A DNA stretch of 64,000 bases, taken from Nitrospirota bacterium. GTDB lineage: Bacteria > Nitrospirota > UBA9217. This document shows positions 41,432-50,569 of the stretch, piece after piece (the stretch's first letter is position 1; each line of letters begins with the position of its first letter). The stretch lies in NCBI GenBank assembly GCA_963796285.1, contig CAWCKW010000012.1, forward strand, positions 1,888,001-1,952,000, read 5' to 3'. The notes under the pieces are model-generated. The model did not search any database. It saw nothing but the letters and a program-made list of their open reading frames with translations, and was not told where the DNA came from. A program made the position numbers and the translations under genes.

Positions 41432-42373
41432 TCATAGTAGCTTCAGAACGATCTTCCCCCGTGCCCTGCCTGTCTGGCTATACGCCAGTGCTTCCTTGGT
41501 CTGGTCCATGGGGAAGACACGGTCGATGACGACCTTGATCCTCCCCGTCTTGAGCTGTTCGCACATCCACTCGATATCTGATGCCCGCTGGCTCACCATC
41601 ATGGTTGCGGCCCTTTTCCCCGGCAGCATTGTCGTAACAAATATGTTCCAAAAGATGGAAGGGGTCGGCAGGGTGTTAATATAGACGCCGCGTTCGGTCA
41701 ATGCTCTTTTGCATTCCCCGAAGGACCGCGATGAGACGGCATCAAAGATGCAGTCATATCTGTCCGCAGTTTTAGTGAAATCCTGTTGACAATAATCAAT
41801 GACATGGTCCGCGCCCAGTCCCTTTACCAAGCCGGCATTTGGCGCACTGCAAACTGCAGTGATCTCGGCTCCAAGAATCTTAGCGATCTGCACCGCAAAG
41901 GTCCCCACTCCGCCTGATGCGCCATTGATCAGCACCTTCTTGCCGCGAGCGATGCGCCCCTTGTCCCTCAGCGCCTGAAGCGCCGTCAGCCCCGCAATGG
42001 GAAGAGTCGCGGCATCCTCGAAGGCCACCACTTCTGGTTTTGGAAAAACCGTTTTTCCCTTAACCGCGACATATTCCGCATATGCCCCCAGCCCCATTCC
42101 TGCATTAGCGATGACAGCATCCCCTGCTTTAAATTTCCTCACGAGGCTTCCCGTTTTAACGATCTCGCCTGAACATTCTATGCCAAGGACCTTCGGGAAC
42201 CTGCTGCCGGTTAGTATCTTCGCCTGCCCTTCCCGTACTTTCCAGTCAACGGGGTTCACCCCTGCAGCATGGACACGTATCAACACCTCATTGGGCCGGG
42301 GCGACGGTTTAGGCACGTCCTTTATTTCGATCACGTCATTCCCGCCGTATGCACGGAACACGATTGCTTTCAT
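41432..42373 (-). CDS. MDR-family NAD(P)-dependent oxidoreductase (quinone reductase / ADH-like)
   Basis: GVNPVDWK, GAYAEY, AGLTALQAL, INGASGGVG, ARGKIV. Confidence 0.92.
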   Translation of the reverse strand: MKAIVFRAYGGNDVIEIKDVPKPSPRPNEVLIRVHAAGVNPVDWKVREGQAKILTGSRFPKVLGIECSGEIVKTGSLVRKFKAGDAVIANAGMGLGAYAEYVAVKGKTVFPKPEVVAFEDAATLPIAGLTALQALRDKGRIARGKKVLINGASGGVGTFAVQIAKILGAEITAVCSAPNAGLVKGLGADHVIDYCQQDFTKTADRYDCIFDAVSSRSFGECKRALTERGVYINTLPTPSIFWNIFVTTMLPGKRAATMMVSQRASDIEWMCEQLKTGRIKVVIDRVFPMDQTKEALAYSQTGRARGKIVLKLL

Positions 42374-42532
42374 GAATCCCTCCACCTATCCTGCTCTTCT
42401 GATAAATCGGGTACACCCCTTGCGAGTATAGGCTTGATGGGGAAAGGAAATAACTGGATATTGTGAAGTTTCTCACTATCAGGCAACGGCGACCGATATA
42501 TACGTGGTGCACAATACCAGTTGAAATATGCT

Positions 42533-42610
42533 CACGAACGTCTCAGCTCATCCGCAGACTTGACACAACGAAGCGGTAGCAAGGTTGCCGGTTGGAGCGC
42601 GGGGCTATAG
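42533..42610 (-). mobile_element. degenerate integron attC-like site downstream of the VIT1 gene
   Basis: Minus strand CTATAGC-CCCGCGCTCCAACCG…CGCTTCG…GCGGATGAGCTGAGAC-GTTCGTG, starting 4 nt after the stop; both core boxes carry mismatches. Confidence 0.5.
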
Positions 42611-42613
42611 TAT

Positions 42614-43309
42614 CTATACAGCGGCGCCAAAGAGCCTGCCAACGCTCGCGGTGAGACCCATTGCGAGTGCGCCCCAGAAGGCAACACGCATTGCGCCCTT
42701 AACAATAGATGCTCCGCCTGCATATGCCGCGGTTCCCCCAAGAATAACTAGAGTAACGAGTGCTGTCGCGGCTGAGACTTCGGCAACCCAGGCAGAAGGC
42801 GCCAACAACGCTGCTGCAATCGGAATGATCGCACCCGCAACAAAAGAAATTGCAGAGGCAAATGCGGCCTGGATCGGCCGTGCCCGCAGAGTCTCCGTAA
42901 TGCCGAGTTCATCACGGGCATGTGCTCCAAGAGCATCACTCGACATAAGCCTTTCTGCTACGAGCCGTGCCAGCGGTTGATCAAGTCCCCGGCTTACATA
43001 AATTGAAGTTAGCTCCGCCAATTCGCGCTCCGGTTCAATTTCCAGCCCCCGTTTTTCTGTCTTGATGTCCGCCTCTTCGGTGTCGGCTTGCGACTGAACC
43101 GATACATACTCGCCTGCCGCCATGGACATGCCGCCGGCTATCAGACCCGCCACACCGGTTAACAGTATACTGCCCTGCGGGGCGCCAGCAGCGGCTATGC
43201 CAACGACAAGGCTTGCTACCGAGATGGTTCCGTCATTCGCGCCAAGCACAGCAGCGCGAAGCCAGCCGATTCGGCCTGATCTGTGGGGCTCCCTATGAAT
43301 GTGTGGCAT
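42614..43309 (-). CDS. VIT1/CCC1 family iron/manganese transporter
   Basis: WLRAAVLGANDG, SMAAGEYVSVQSQ, HARDELGI, FWGALAM. Confidence 0.93.
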   Translation of the reverse strand: MPHIHREPHRSGRIGWLRAAVLGANDGTISVASLVVGIAAAGAPQGSILLTGVAGLIAGGMSMAAGEYVSVQSQADTEEADIKTEKRGLEIEPERELAELTSIYVSRGLDQPLARLVAERLMSSDALGAHARDELGITETLRARPIQAAFASAISFVAGAIIPIAAALLAPSAWVAEVSAATALVTLVILGGTAAYAGGASIVKGAMRVAFWGALAMGLTASVGRLFGAAV

Positions 43310-43327
43310 CAACAAACTCTCCTTTTG

Positions 43328-43393
43328 GCCCAACGCCCGGGTTAGCGGCGGCGCGGTCTTGTCGCGCCGACCATCTCTGCCCGTTTGTTGGTA
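43328..43393 (-). mobile_element. integron attC-like site upstream of the VIT1 gene
   Basis: Imperfect palindrome TACCAAC-AAACGGG…GGCGCG…CGCGCC…CCCGGGC-GTTGGGC; GTTRRRY core directly followed by AAGGAG and the start codon. Confidence 0.6.
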
Positions 43394-43561
43394 ATTGTTC
43401 TTGTCTCACCTTTAGCCTGGTAAATGCGATGGATTATCCGCCTCACGTCAACAAGTCAACTACGTCTTGCTGATCCAATGTTGACAGCAGCAGGGAAGAA
43501 AGGGTGTGTCTTTACATTTGAAATAGAGATTCTTAATTATGAACAATAGATGGACCGTTTT

Positions 43562-45598
43562 CTAAGTTGTCGAATGATGCGTTCCATTAACACTGGCATC
43601 AGCAAATCGCAGTGCAATTGCGTGGAATGTAGCGTGTATCTCCCCAAAAGCGTCGATGAGCTGTGGATCGAACTTCGAACCACGTCCTGCCAAAATGATT
43701 TCTACGGCCTCTTTGTGAGAAATGCCTTCTTTGTATGGACGGCCCGATATGAGCGTATCATACACGTCGGCTATAGCCATAATTCTCCCGGACAAAGGGA
43801 TCTCCTCACCTTTGAGTCCGTTTGGGTATCCTTTCCCATCCCAGTATTCATGATGAGATACAGCCATTTCTCCCGCGATCCTTAAAAAGGAAGTATCCCC
43901 AAGTTTAACCTGTGCGGCGTCGATGATTTTTTTGCCATACTGCGTGTGCTTCTTTATCTCTTCGAACTCTTCGGTGGTCAGTTGCCCGGGCTTAAGCAGA
44001 ATGTGATCTAGTACGCCTACTTTACCTAAGTCATGGAGTGGCGCGGACTGAATAAGGTGCTCAATATAGGCATCATTCAAAGTATCTGCATATGCCGGTT
44101 TGTGTCTGATATGCTCGGCAAGAGACCTTACATAGCTGCGGGTCCGTTTGATGTGGCCGCCCGTTTCCGGATCTCGCGTTTCGGTGATGTTGGCAATAGT
44201 TTCAATCATTGCTTCCTGCGTTGTCAGTTGTAGTCTGGTCTTTTCCTTCAGCAGCCGCTCTTCATGCCAGAAATCGAGAAACGATAATAAAGAAAAGTTT
44301 GAAGTAGCGGCCAGCAGAGGGTAGAGCGGAGAAAGATAAATTCCGTTTCGGAAGAGGAAAACTGGCAGGGTCACCGCGACCAGCGCAAAGAGAAATAAAA
44401 AAGTCAGATTTGCAACTGCCTTGTAGCGAACAAAAAGAATCGTTGAAAGCAACCCGAAAAAAACAATGGCACTAAATTCATACAGAACGGCAGCCTTCGG
44501 CCGCACAAGAAAATCACCCTGCAAAATGGCGTCGATGATGTTCGCATGCACCTCTGCCCCAACCATTGTCGGGTCGGTCGGCGTAGCGCGGATATCCATC
44601 AAGCCGGGCGCTGTCGCTCCGATAATCACGATGTCTCCTTCAATATCCCGAGTTTCGGTTGTGCCGTTCAGTATATCGGAAGCCGGGATGTGGCGATATG
44701 TTCCGTGCGGACCGAGAAATGGAATCAGGAAGGATCCTTTGTGTTCAAGCGGGATCTCAACGCTTTCAAGAGAGAGACTTTCCGTTCCTGCCTGGCCAAC
44801 AGTCAATACCATGTGTTCAGGCTTGGCTGCTGAAAGAAGCACGGCTAAAGAGAGGTGGGCATAGAATCGACCATCGTATTCCATGATGAGGGGTACTCTG
44901 CGAATAATTCCGTCTTGATCCGGTTTTATATTGATAAAACCTGAAGCTGGAGTTGCCTCCGCGAGCGGCTGATATATGCAGTCAACAGAAGACGGTTTGA
45001 AAAGGCCGTTCACAGAATCAGGCACCCCGTCTTCCTTCCTGAGCAATACATTGACTGGATGAAGTGTGCATCTTTTTTCACTCTGCTCCCCAAATGAAAA
45101 CTGGTATCCGAGCGCAAAAGGGCCTTTTCTGAGTGCCTCCGCCAGCAGCGCGTCATTGTCGATATATTTTCGGGGAACCCCTGAAAGGCTAAGCGTGTAG
45201 TTGAAGTCTGCCGAAATATTCTTTTGTATATTGCGCAGCGAACTCCTGTCGGGCTCGGCAAACAGGATATCAACACCGACACTCTTGGCTCCCATTTCGC
45301 GCAATTTGTCCAACAACTGTGCTATCCGGTATCGCGGCCACGGCCATTGTCCATACTGTGCAAGACTTTTCGTATCTATATCAACAATAACGATATTGCC
45401 GGAGGCGGTGCGTCCAGAACGCGATTTGAGCAGGGTGTCGTAAATTTTAAGATCGAGCGTCGAAAGCAGAACAGGCTGGAATAAATATAGGAAGGCTACA
45501 ACAGAGGTCAACGCAATTCCGCAGAGAATAAGGAGAGCATGTTCCCTGCTCGCTTGGATCCAGCGGACAGAGGAAGATTGTCGTCGTGAAGAGTGCAT
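43562..45598 (-). CDS. CHASE2-domain HD-GYP c-di-GMP phosphodiesterase
   Basis: IVIVDID…GQWPWPR, DILFAEPD, DGIIRRVPL, GAEVHA; RDPETGGH, LHDLGK, HHEYWDGKGYP, ADVYD. Confidence 0.93.
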   Translation of the reverse strand: MHSSRRQSSSVRWIQASREHALLILCGIALTSVVAFLYLFQPVLLSTLDLKIYDTLLKSRSGRTASGNIVIVDIDTKSLAQYGQWPWPRYRIAQLLDKLREMGAKSVGVDILFAEPDRSSLRNIQKNISADFNYTLSLSGVPRKYIDNDALLAEALRKGPFALGYQFSFGEQSEKRCTLHPVNVLLRKEDGVPDSVNGLFKPSSVDCIYQPLAEATPASGFINIKPDQDGIIRRVPLIMEYDGRFYAHLSLAVLLSAAKPEHMVLTVGQAGTESLSLESVEIPLEHKGSFLIPFLGPHGTYRHIPASDILNGTTETRDIEGDIVIIGATAPGLMDIRATPTDPTMVGAEVHANIIDAILQGDFLVRPKAAVLYEFSAIVFFGLLSTILFVRYKAVANLTFLFLFALVAVTLPVFLFRNGIYLSPLYPLLAATSNFSLLSFLDFWHEERLLKEKTRLQLTTQEAMIETIANITETRDPETGGHIKRTRSYVRSLAEHIRHKPAYADTLNDAYIEHLIQSAPLHDLGKVGVLDHILLKPGQLTTEEFEEIKKHTQYGKKIIDAAQVKLGDTSFLRIAGEMAVSHHEYWDGKGYPNGLKGEEIPLSGRIMAIADVYDTLISGRPYKEGISHKEAVEIILAGRGSKFDPQLIDAFGEIHATFHAIALRFADASVNGTHHSTT

Positions 45599-45607
45599 TA
45601 TGGCGGG

Positions 45608-46204
45608 CTATTTTACAACCACTTCAACTCTGCGATTACGTGGTTCTCTCACATTGTCCCCCGTTGGCACAACAGGATCCCGCTTTCCATAATATCTGAG
45701 CTCCATCTGACCGAAACGAATACCGTGAGAAAGGAGTATGTCCCGGACAGCCTCGGCGCGGGCGGATGACAAGCTCATGTCGTACTCATCGTCCCCGGTT
45801 GTATCGGTATGGCCAATAATGCTAATTTCATAAAAATCTCTTTTATTGACCAACGTCAGGACTTCAGGAATAAAAGACTTTGACTCGGCAGTCAGTTTCG
45901 TTGAGTTGTTCAAAAAATATAAAAGAAAACTGACCGGCTCCAGAGGAAGGGCTTTGATGGAATCAGTGAAGAGCGAATCAATTCGGCTTTGGTCTATCTT
46001 TTTAGGATCAGACGGGCTCTTGCCAACTCCGGTGACCTCTACCATTGTACTTGGAACGGTAAGCGTCTTAGCCCCACCCCTGGTAGTAACTGTTACTTGC
46101 CCAACCTTACCATCGGCATCCTGAACAAGAACAACTGTGTCCTTTACGGTCGCACAGCCCGATATAATCAGAAAGACCAGGAGAACAAAAAAATGACCCC
46201 GCAT
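45608..46204 (-). CDS. OmpA-family lipoprotein
   Basis: Lipobox ISGC; IGHTD, LSSARAEAV, NRRVEV. Confidence 0.88.
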   Translation of the reverse strand: MRGHFFVLLVFLIISGCATVKDTVVLVQDADGKVGQVTVTTRGGAKTLTVPSTMVEVTGVGKSPSDPKKIDQSRIDSLFTDSIKALPLEPVSFLLYFLNNSTKLTAESKSFIPEVLTLVNKRDFYEISIIGHTDTTGDDEYDMSLSSARAEAVRDILLSHGIRFGQMELRYYGKRDPVVPTGDNVREPRNRRVEVVVK

Positions 46205-46250
46205 CTCATTGCATGCTTGTCTTACCGGCACGATAAAGAATTGGAAGCAG

Positions 46251-46697
46251 TTAGTTTTCATTAACTTTAATATTGAATGTAGTGCCACGGACGCCAATTG
46301 TAGATGTCGGGGTCTCAAGGATGACAGACTCCGGCGATAGCTTTGTCATCTTTCCTGAAACAAATGAAGCAGTCCCTTTTGTCAGCCTATTAACCATGGA
46401 GAATTGCCCCTGAGCCGGCTTAAAAACGAACTTTTTTAAATCCAAGCGAGAGTTCGGTCCAAGGCTTATTCTTGAGTTATCCTTGAAAATGATTCCCACC
46501 GAGCCGTCCGCACCTGTTTTAACGGTATCATTCGGGTATACGGGAGTGCCATCTTCAGCTTTTACGATATTTCCGGACCGCTCAATGAGAACATCTCCTA
46601 TCTTCTTTCTCAGGCTTCCGGAAGTTTCATCTGCAGCAATGACAACTGTTGCAAGGAGAACTACAAAAAGAAGTATCAGGGTAAGAATCTTACTCAT
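46251..46697 (-). CDS. FecR-domain secreted protein
   Basis: Signal peptide; DTVKTGADG…FKDNSRISLGPNS…TPTSTIGVRGT. Confidence 0.88.
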   Translation of the reverse strand: MSKILTLILLFVVLLATVVIAADETSGSLRKKIGDVLIERSGNIVKAEDGTPVYPNDTVKTGADGSVGIIFKDNSRISLGPNSRLDLKKFVFKPAQGQFSMVNRLTKGTASFVSGKMTKLSPESVILETPTSTIGVRGTTFNIKVNEN

Positions 46698-47059
46698 AGA
46701 AACCTCCATTGCGCATATCCAGGTATATCGATAGGGGATTGCGGTCCCCGCTGCTGCAATAAGATGATATCACCATTAACATTTGCTGTATGGTTGTTCT
46801 ATTTTCGGCCATCAAGAATCTTTTTATGCTTTAACATTCTCTTTTCAACATATTCTGCATTTTTCAGATTCTACCGCGATACATGGAACATGTCAATGAC
46901 TTTGAGAAAGGAGCAATTACGATTGCCACAGTTAATTAATTTCTAATTTGGAAAAGAGGTTTTTTTGTACGGGCAAGGAAATCAAGGGATTGAGCGAGTG
47001 AGGAACCGAGCGCAGCCAGCTGGTTCAACTTCTTTGTAACCCCCCGGCATGGGGGCAGT

Positions 47060-47686
47060 TCAGAGCTTTGGGATCCGGATGCGACTGATCATGAGTGAGC
47101 CGGAAACCGCGAACAACAGTACTATCGGATGAAGCGTGAAGCCGGCAAGCACGACCTGTCCGAACCAGAGGGACTCGCGCAATGCGCCCTGTGAGGCAGC
47201 CCATAACATCAATAGGACCAGGAGCAGCGACATTGGGATAGGAGTTCCTTCGAAGTACTTCACTTTGCTTCCTCCCTCAGACAGCGCCTCGGCCGTAATG
47301 TTGTAGCGCGCCAAGCGGGAGACCCCGCATGCGACAAAATAGATCAAGACGATACGGTCGTATAACCCCTGCATGCCGCAACCGTACCCAATCACAGCCG
47401 GGGCTACACCGAAGGAGATGACATCAGCGAGAGAGTCGAGCTCACGACCCATTCCAGAAGTCTTCTGCCGCCACCGGGCAATCCGTCCATCCAAGACATC
47501 GAAGACTAAAGCGGCAAAGACCATCCCGCACGCAAAGTAGACATGCATGACGTCGGTCGTTTGCAGGTACGACAGCATGGAAAACAATGCCCCCGTGCCG
47601 CAGACCGCGTTTGCCAGTGTGAACCAATCGGCAAGATGGAACTCTCGAATCATGGAGAAGGGCTTGCGCGGTTTATGTATCTTCAT
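47060..47686 (-). CDS. pssA: CDP-alcohol phosphatidyltransferase (phosphatidylserine synthase-like)
   Basis: FTLAN, DVLDGRIAR…GRELDSLADVISFGVAPA, RLARYN, FEGTP. Confidence 0.88.
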   Translation of the reverse strand: MKIHKPRKPFSMIREFHLADWFTLANAVCGTGALFSMLSYLQTTDVMHVYFACGMVFAALVFDVLDGRIARWRQKTSGMGRELDSLADVISFGVAPAVIGYGCGMQGLYDRIVLIYFVACGVSRLARYNITAEALSEGGSKVKYFEGTPIPMSLLLVLLMLWAASQGALRESLWFGQVVLAGFTLHPIVLLFAVSGSLMISRIRIPKL

Positions 47687-48317
47687 GGCGGACAGAATCT
47701 CCCACTGTGTCAAGAACGCGCGCTTCCCGGCCGGGAGAACGCGCAATGAGATGAACGGAACCGTCCCGATAAGTCCGAAAATCCGATGGTAGTCCGGCAG
47801 ATGAACATGATGGCTATTCAAACCAACAAGTGCATGTTCATAAATTGTCGCAACTATATGCCTGTTTTACATTTGTGTCAACAATATCAAATGGTATTTT
47901 CCCGGTAGCTGTTAACGAGTTCGGATTGCCACTTTATGTTTAAAAAGAACGGAAACAGCAACAGATAAGGAAAGAACTCCTCGCATTCCGGCCTTACGGG
48001 TGCATGAAAGATAAACGAGCACAACGATTATCACGATAGCTCCGATGATCAACCGCCGAGTGCTTTTCATATTATTTTATCGTCTCTGTATACTTCTTCA
48101 CCTTATAACAGCATTCCGGACGAATATATGCCCTGTGCGTAATCATGTCAATGATTTCGGTTCGCTATTTTTTGGATAGATGCCCTCGAATACAAGTTGT
48201 AACTTTAGGTCATCTAGGATCACTTCTCGACCTTTGACTTTTGCTCCGAATGTGCTCATGCTTGTCTACTATCGAGAAGTGGCCCCTGTAGTACTCCCCC
48301 AAGATATATATTGATGG

Positions 48318-48713
48318 TTAGGCTTTGGGTTCGAGAACCGTTTCAGGGAAAAGCCGTTCTATCTCCAAATGTATTTCCCTTGAGGTGAACGGTTTCTTCA
48401 AAATACCCTCTGCGAGATGGAGAACTTTCTGCAAATCTTTTTCGTCTTTTGCCCTCAAGAGCACCGCAATAATCGGGATATTGTTGAATGCTTCCTGCTC
48501 CTTGACACGGCTGATGAATTCAAGACCGCTCATGTGAGGTTGCATATGCATATCGACAATAAGAAGATTTATATCAGGGTTTAGGGCAAGTTGATTCAGC
48601 CCCTCCTGTCCATTGAGAGCTGAAAGAACAGGACATTTGTATCTCGCCAAAGTTATCTGATAAATTTGATGAATTGCAGGCGAGTCATCAACAACAAGAA
48701 TTTTCTTTAACAC
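48318..48713 (-). CDS. single-domain CheY-like response regulator
   Basis: ILVVDDS, IVDMHM, MSGLEF, KKPF. Confidence 0.8.
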   Translation of the reverse strand: MLKKILVVDDSPAIHQIYQITLARYKCPVLSALNGQEGLNQLALNPDINLLIVDMHMQPHMSGLEFISRVKEQEAFNNIPIIAVLLRAKDEKDLQKVLHLAEGILKKPFTSREIHLEIERLFPETVLEPKA

Positions 48714-48907
48714 AATAAATGGGACTCCTTTAACAAAACGAGAATAAATCCTACTATTGCAGAGTGGGGATAATAAGATTAATGCGAGGCAATGTCAATG
48801 TTATTAGTAGCGGGTATTGTGTTCGAAGGCGGATTGTACGGCAACGGGATATTCTATGCAGAGGGAACGGGCCATGAAGTAGGTTTAAGACCCAGTAATT
48901 TGCTTAT

Positions 48908-50035
48908 TTAAATACTTCTTTCGTAGTCGCAGAAGGGGCACTGCCAGGTCTTCTCTATCTCGTACCAATCCATTTTCTTACGGCAGACCGGGCAAGCCTT
49001 TTTTTTGCCCGACGGCTGGTTATTGGACGGTGATGATCCCTTTTTTGATTTCTGATATTCGTCGGGAAACAGGGGTGCCAGAGGGACGGCATGGGGCGAA
49101 GAGGGATCGAATATCGGCTCCGAAGCCGGAGTGGGTTTAGGTGCTTTCGTATGTTCACTTTTCTCTTCGCTTTTACCCTGACCTTCATCCTTTTTTAACT
49201 CTTCGTATGCGCAGACATAACACATCCACATTTCATCCTGAATTTGGAAGTTCATTTGCCCCCCGCACATAGGACATTTTTTCTCCCATTCCGTATCCTG
49301 CGGCGCAGAAGACTCACGGATTTCGCTTTTCTGCTCGCCGCCTCCCTTTACCTCGCTGCTAATATGACTTTTAATAGAATCCCTGGGCGGGATTGGCTGA
49401 GAGGCCGCACTTTCGACAGTAAATTCCTCTATTCTTTTTTTGATATAGGTTATTTCCGACCCGATATCAGTGAAGAGTTCCCCCACCGCCTTCTCAACGA
49501 TTTCCATTTCCTTTTCCCGTGCCGCCATACCATTGAGGATCCCTTTTTCTTCGCTCTCAAGCCGCCCTATTTTTTGACGCAGTTTCGATATCTCGTCTCT
49601 CATCTCCCGCGATTTGGCTTCCATGACCTTAAACTCGTCGCGCCAGCTGGGGAGGGCGGGCATTAAGCCCTTCTCGAGTATTGTAAGCTCCTCAAGCTGA
49701 TTTTTGACGGCCTTAACGATCTCTTCCCGGCTTAGCTTCGAAGTCGCCGACAACGCTTTGATAGCCGCATTATAACGCTGCTTCTCCTCAGGAATGATCT
49801 CCTCGAGCGATTCCACGAGTTCACGGAATTTTCCGAATATTGTATCCTCACTTTCAATTACTTTTTTTATTTCATCGCGGAGACGATGGATTTTGGATGA
49901 CAGCTCTTCGCCTCCCTTCGATTTCACATAGAGATCGGCAACTATCCGGGAAAGGTTCTCTTTACTGTTTTTCTCCTTAACGCCCACGCATTCCCTCCTT
50001 CTAAAGCCTAACATACTTATTCTATTTTTTCTCAA
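48908..50035 (-). CDS. hypothetical coiled-coil protein with two C-terminal zinc ribbons
   Basis: Long heptad region; CPMC…CYVC and CPVC…CPFC separated by a Pro/Ser linker. Start uncertain. Confidence 0.7.
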   Translation of the reverse strand: MRKNRISMLGFRRRECVGVKEKNSKENLSRIVADLYVKSKGGEELSSKIHRLRDEIKKVIESEDTIFGKFRELVESLEEIIPEEKQRYNAAIKALSATSKLSREEIVKAVKNQLEELTILEKGLMPALPSWRDEFKVMEAKSREMRDEISKLRQKIGRLESEEKGILNGMAAREKEMEIVEKAVGELFTDIGSEITYIKKRIEEFTVESAASQPIPPRDSIKSHISSEVKGGGEQKSEIRESSAPQDTEWEKKCPMCGGQMNFQIQDEMWMCYVCAYEELKKDEGQGKSEEKSEHTKAPKPTPASEPIFDPSSPHAVPLAPLFPDEYQKSKKGSSPSNNQPSGKKKACPVCRKKMDWYEIEKTWQCPFCDYERSI

Positions 50036-50179
50036 TATGTTATTGGAAGCATAACATATTTCGCGTTTATTGAAAATATATTACTTTGGAAAAGGAAGCT
50101 ATAAGATAGAGGCTCCAATTTCGGCAATGGCTATGCCATTATACCCCTGAAATGAAACGTACCCAGCAACCAATTTACA

Positions 50180-50202
50180 TGGCGCCCCATGCCGGACTCG
50201 AA
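50180..50202 (-). other. tRNA 3'-end fragment (T-loop, acceptor strand, CCA); likely att-site remnant
   Basis: Minus strand TTCGAGTCCGGCATGGGGCGCCA; the upstream sequence is AT-rich with no tRNA 5' part. Confidence 0.65.
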
Positions 50203-50569
50203 TTGAAATATTGGATACATTTTATTTCAAAAGCGAATTCCTCAATTTCCAGAAAGTGAAACTCATGTGAAGTACAGAAAGTACCTCTCACTCATCAATT
50301 ATATCATATAATAGAGACTTCCTATCTTAGTTGGCAGTATTAATCAATTCTAATAAAGCGTTTTCATTCTGGCAAAGAATTACAATTTTACTGTACTTAT
50401 ACTGTACTTATTTTCCGTCGCTATGAACCAAAAACACCTACTGGTACAATAATCGAAGGGAGGTCAAACCTGCGCAAACGTGCATATGTCAGTAGTATCG
50501 TAAAGTCACCGGATTCCCCCGGCTTACTACCTGCCGGGGCAGGCTTATCACGCCCGGAAGGTCGGCCTT

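Noticed and set aside
47910-48070. About 52-aa hydrophobic minus-strand ORF (MKSTRRLIIGAIVIIVVLV…)
   Set aside because: Weak RBS and no recognisable family; possibly a decayed cassette but not supportable.
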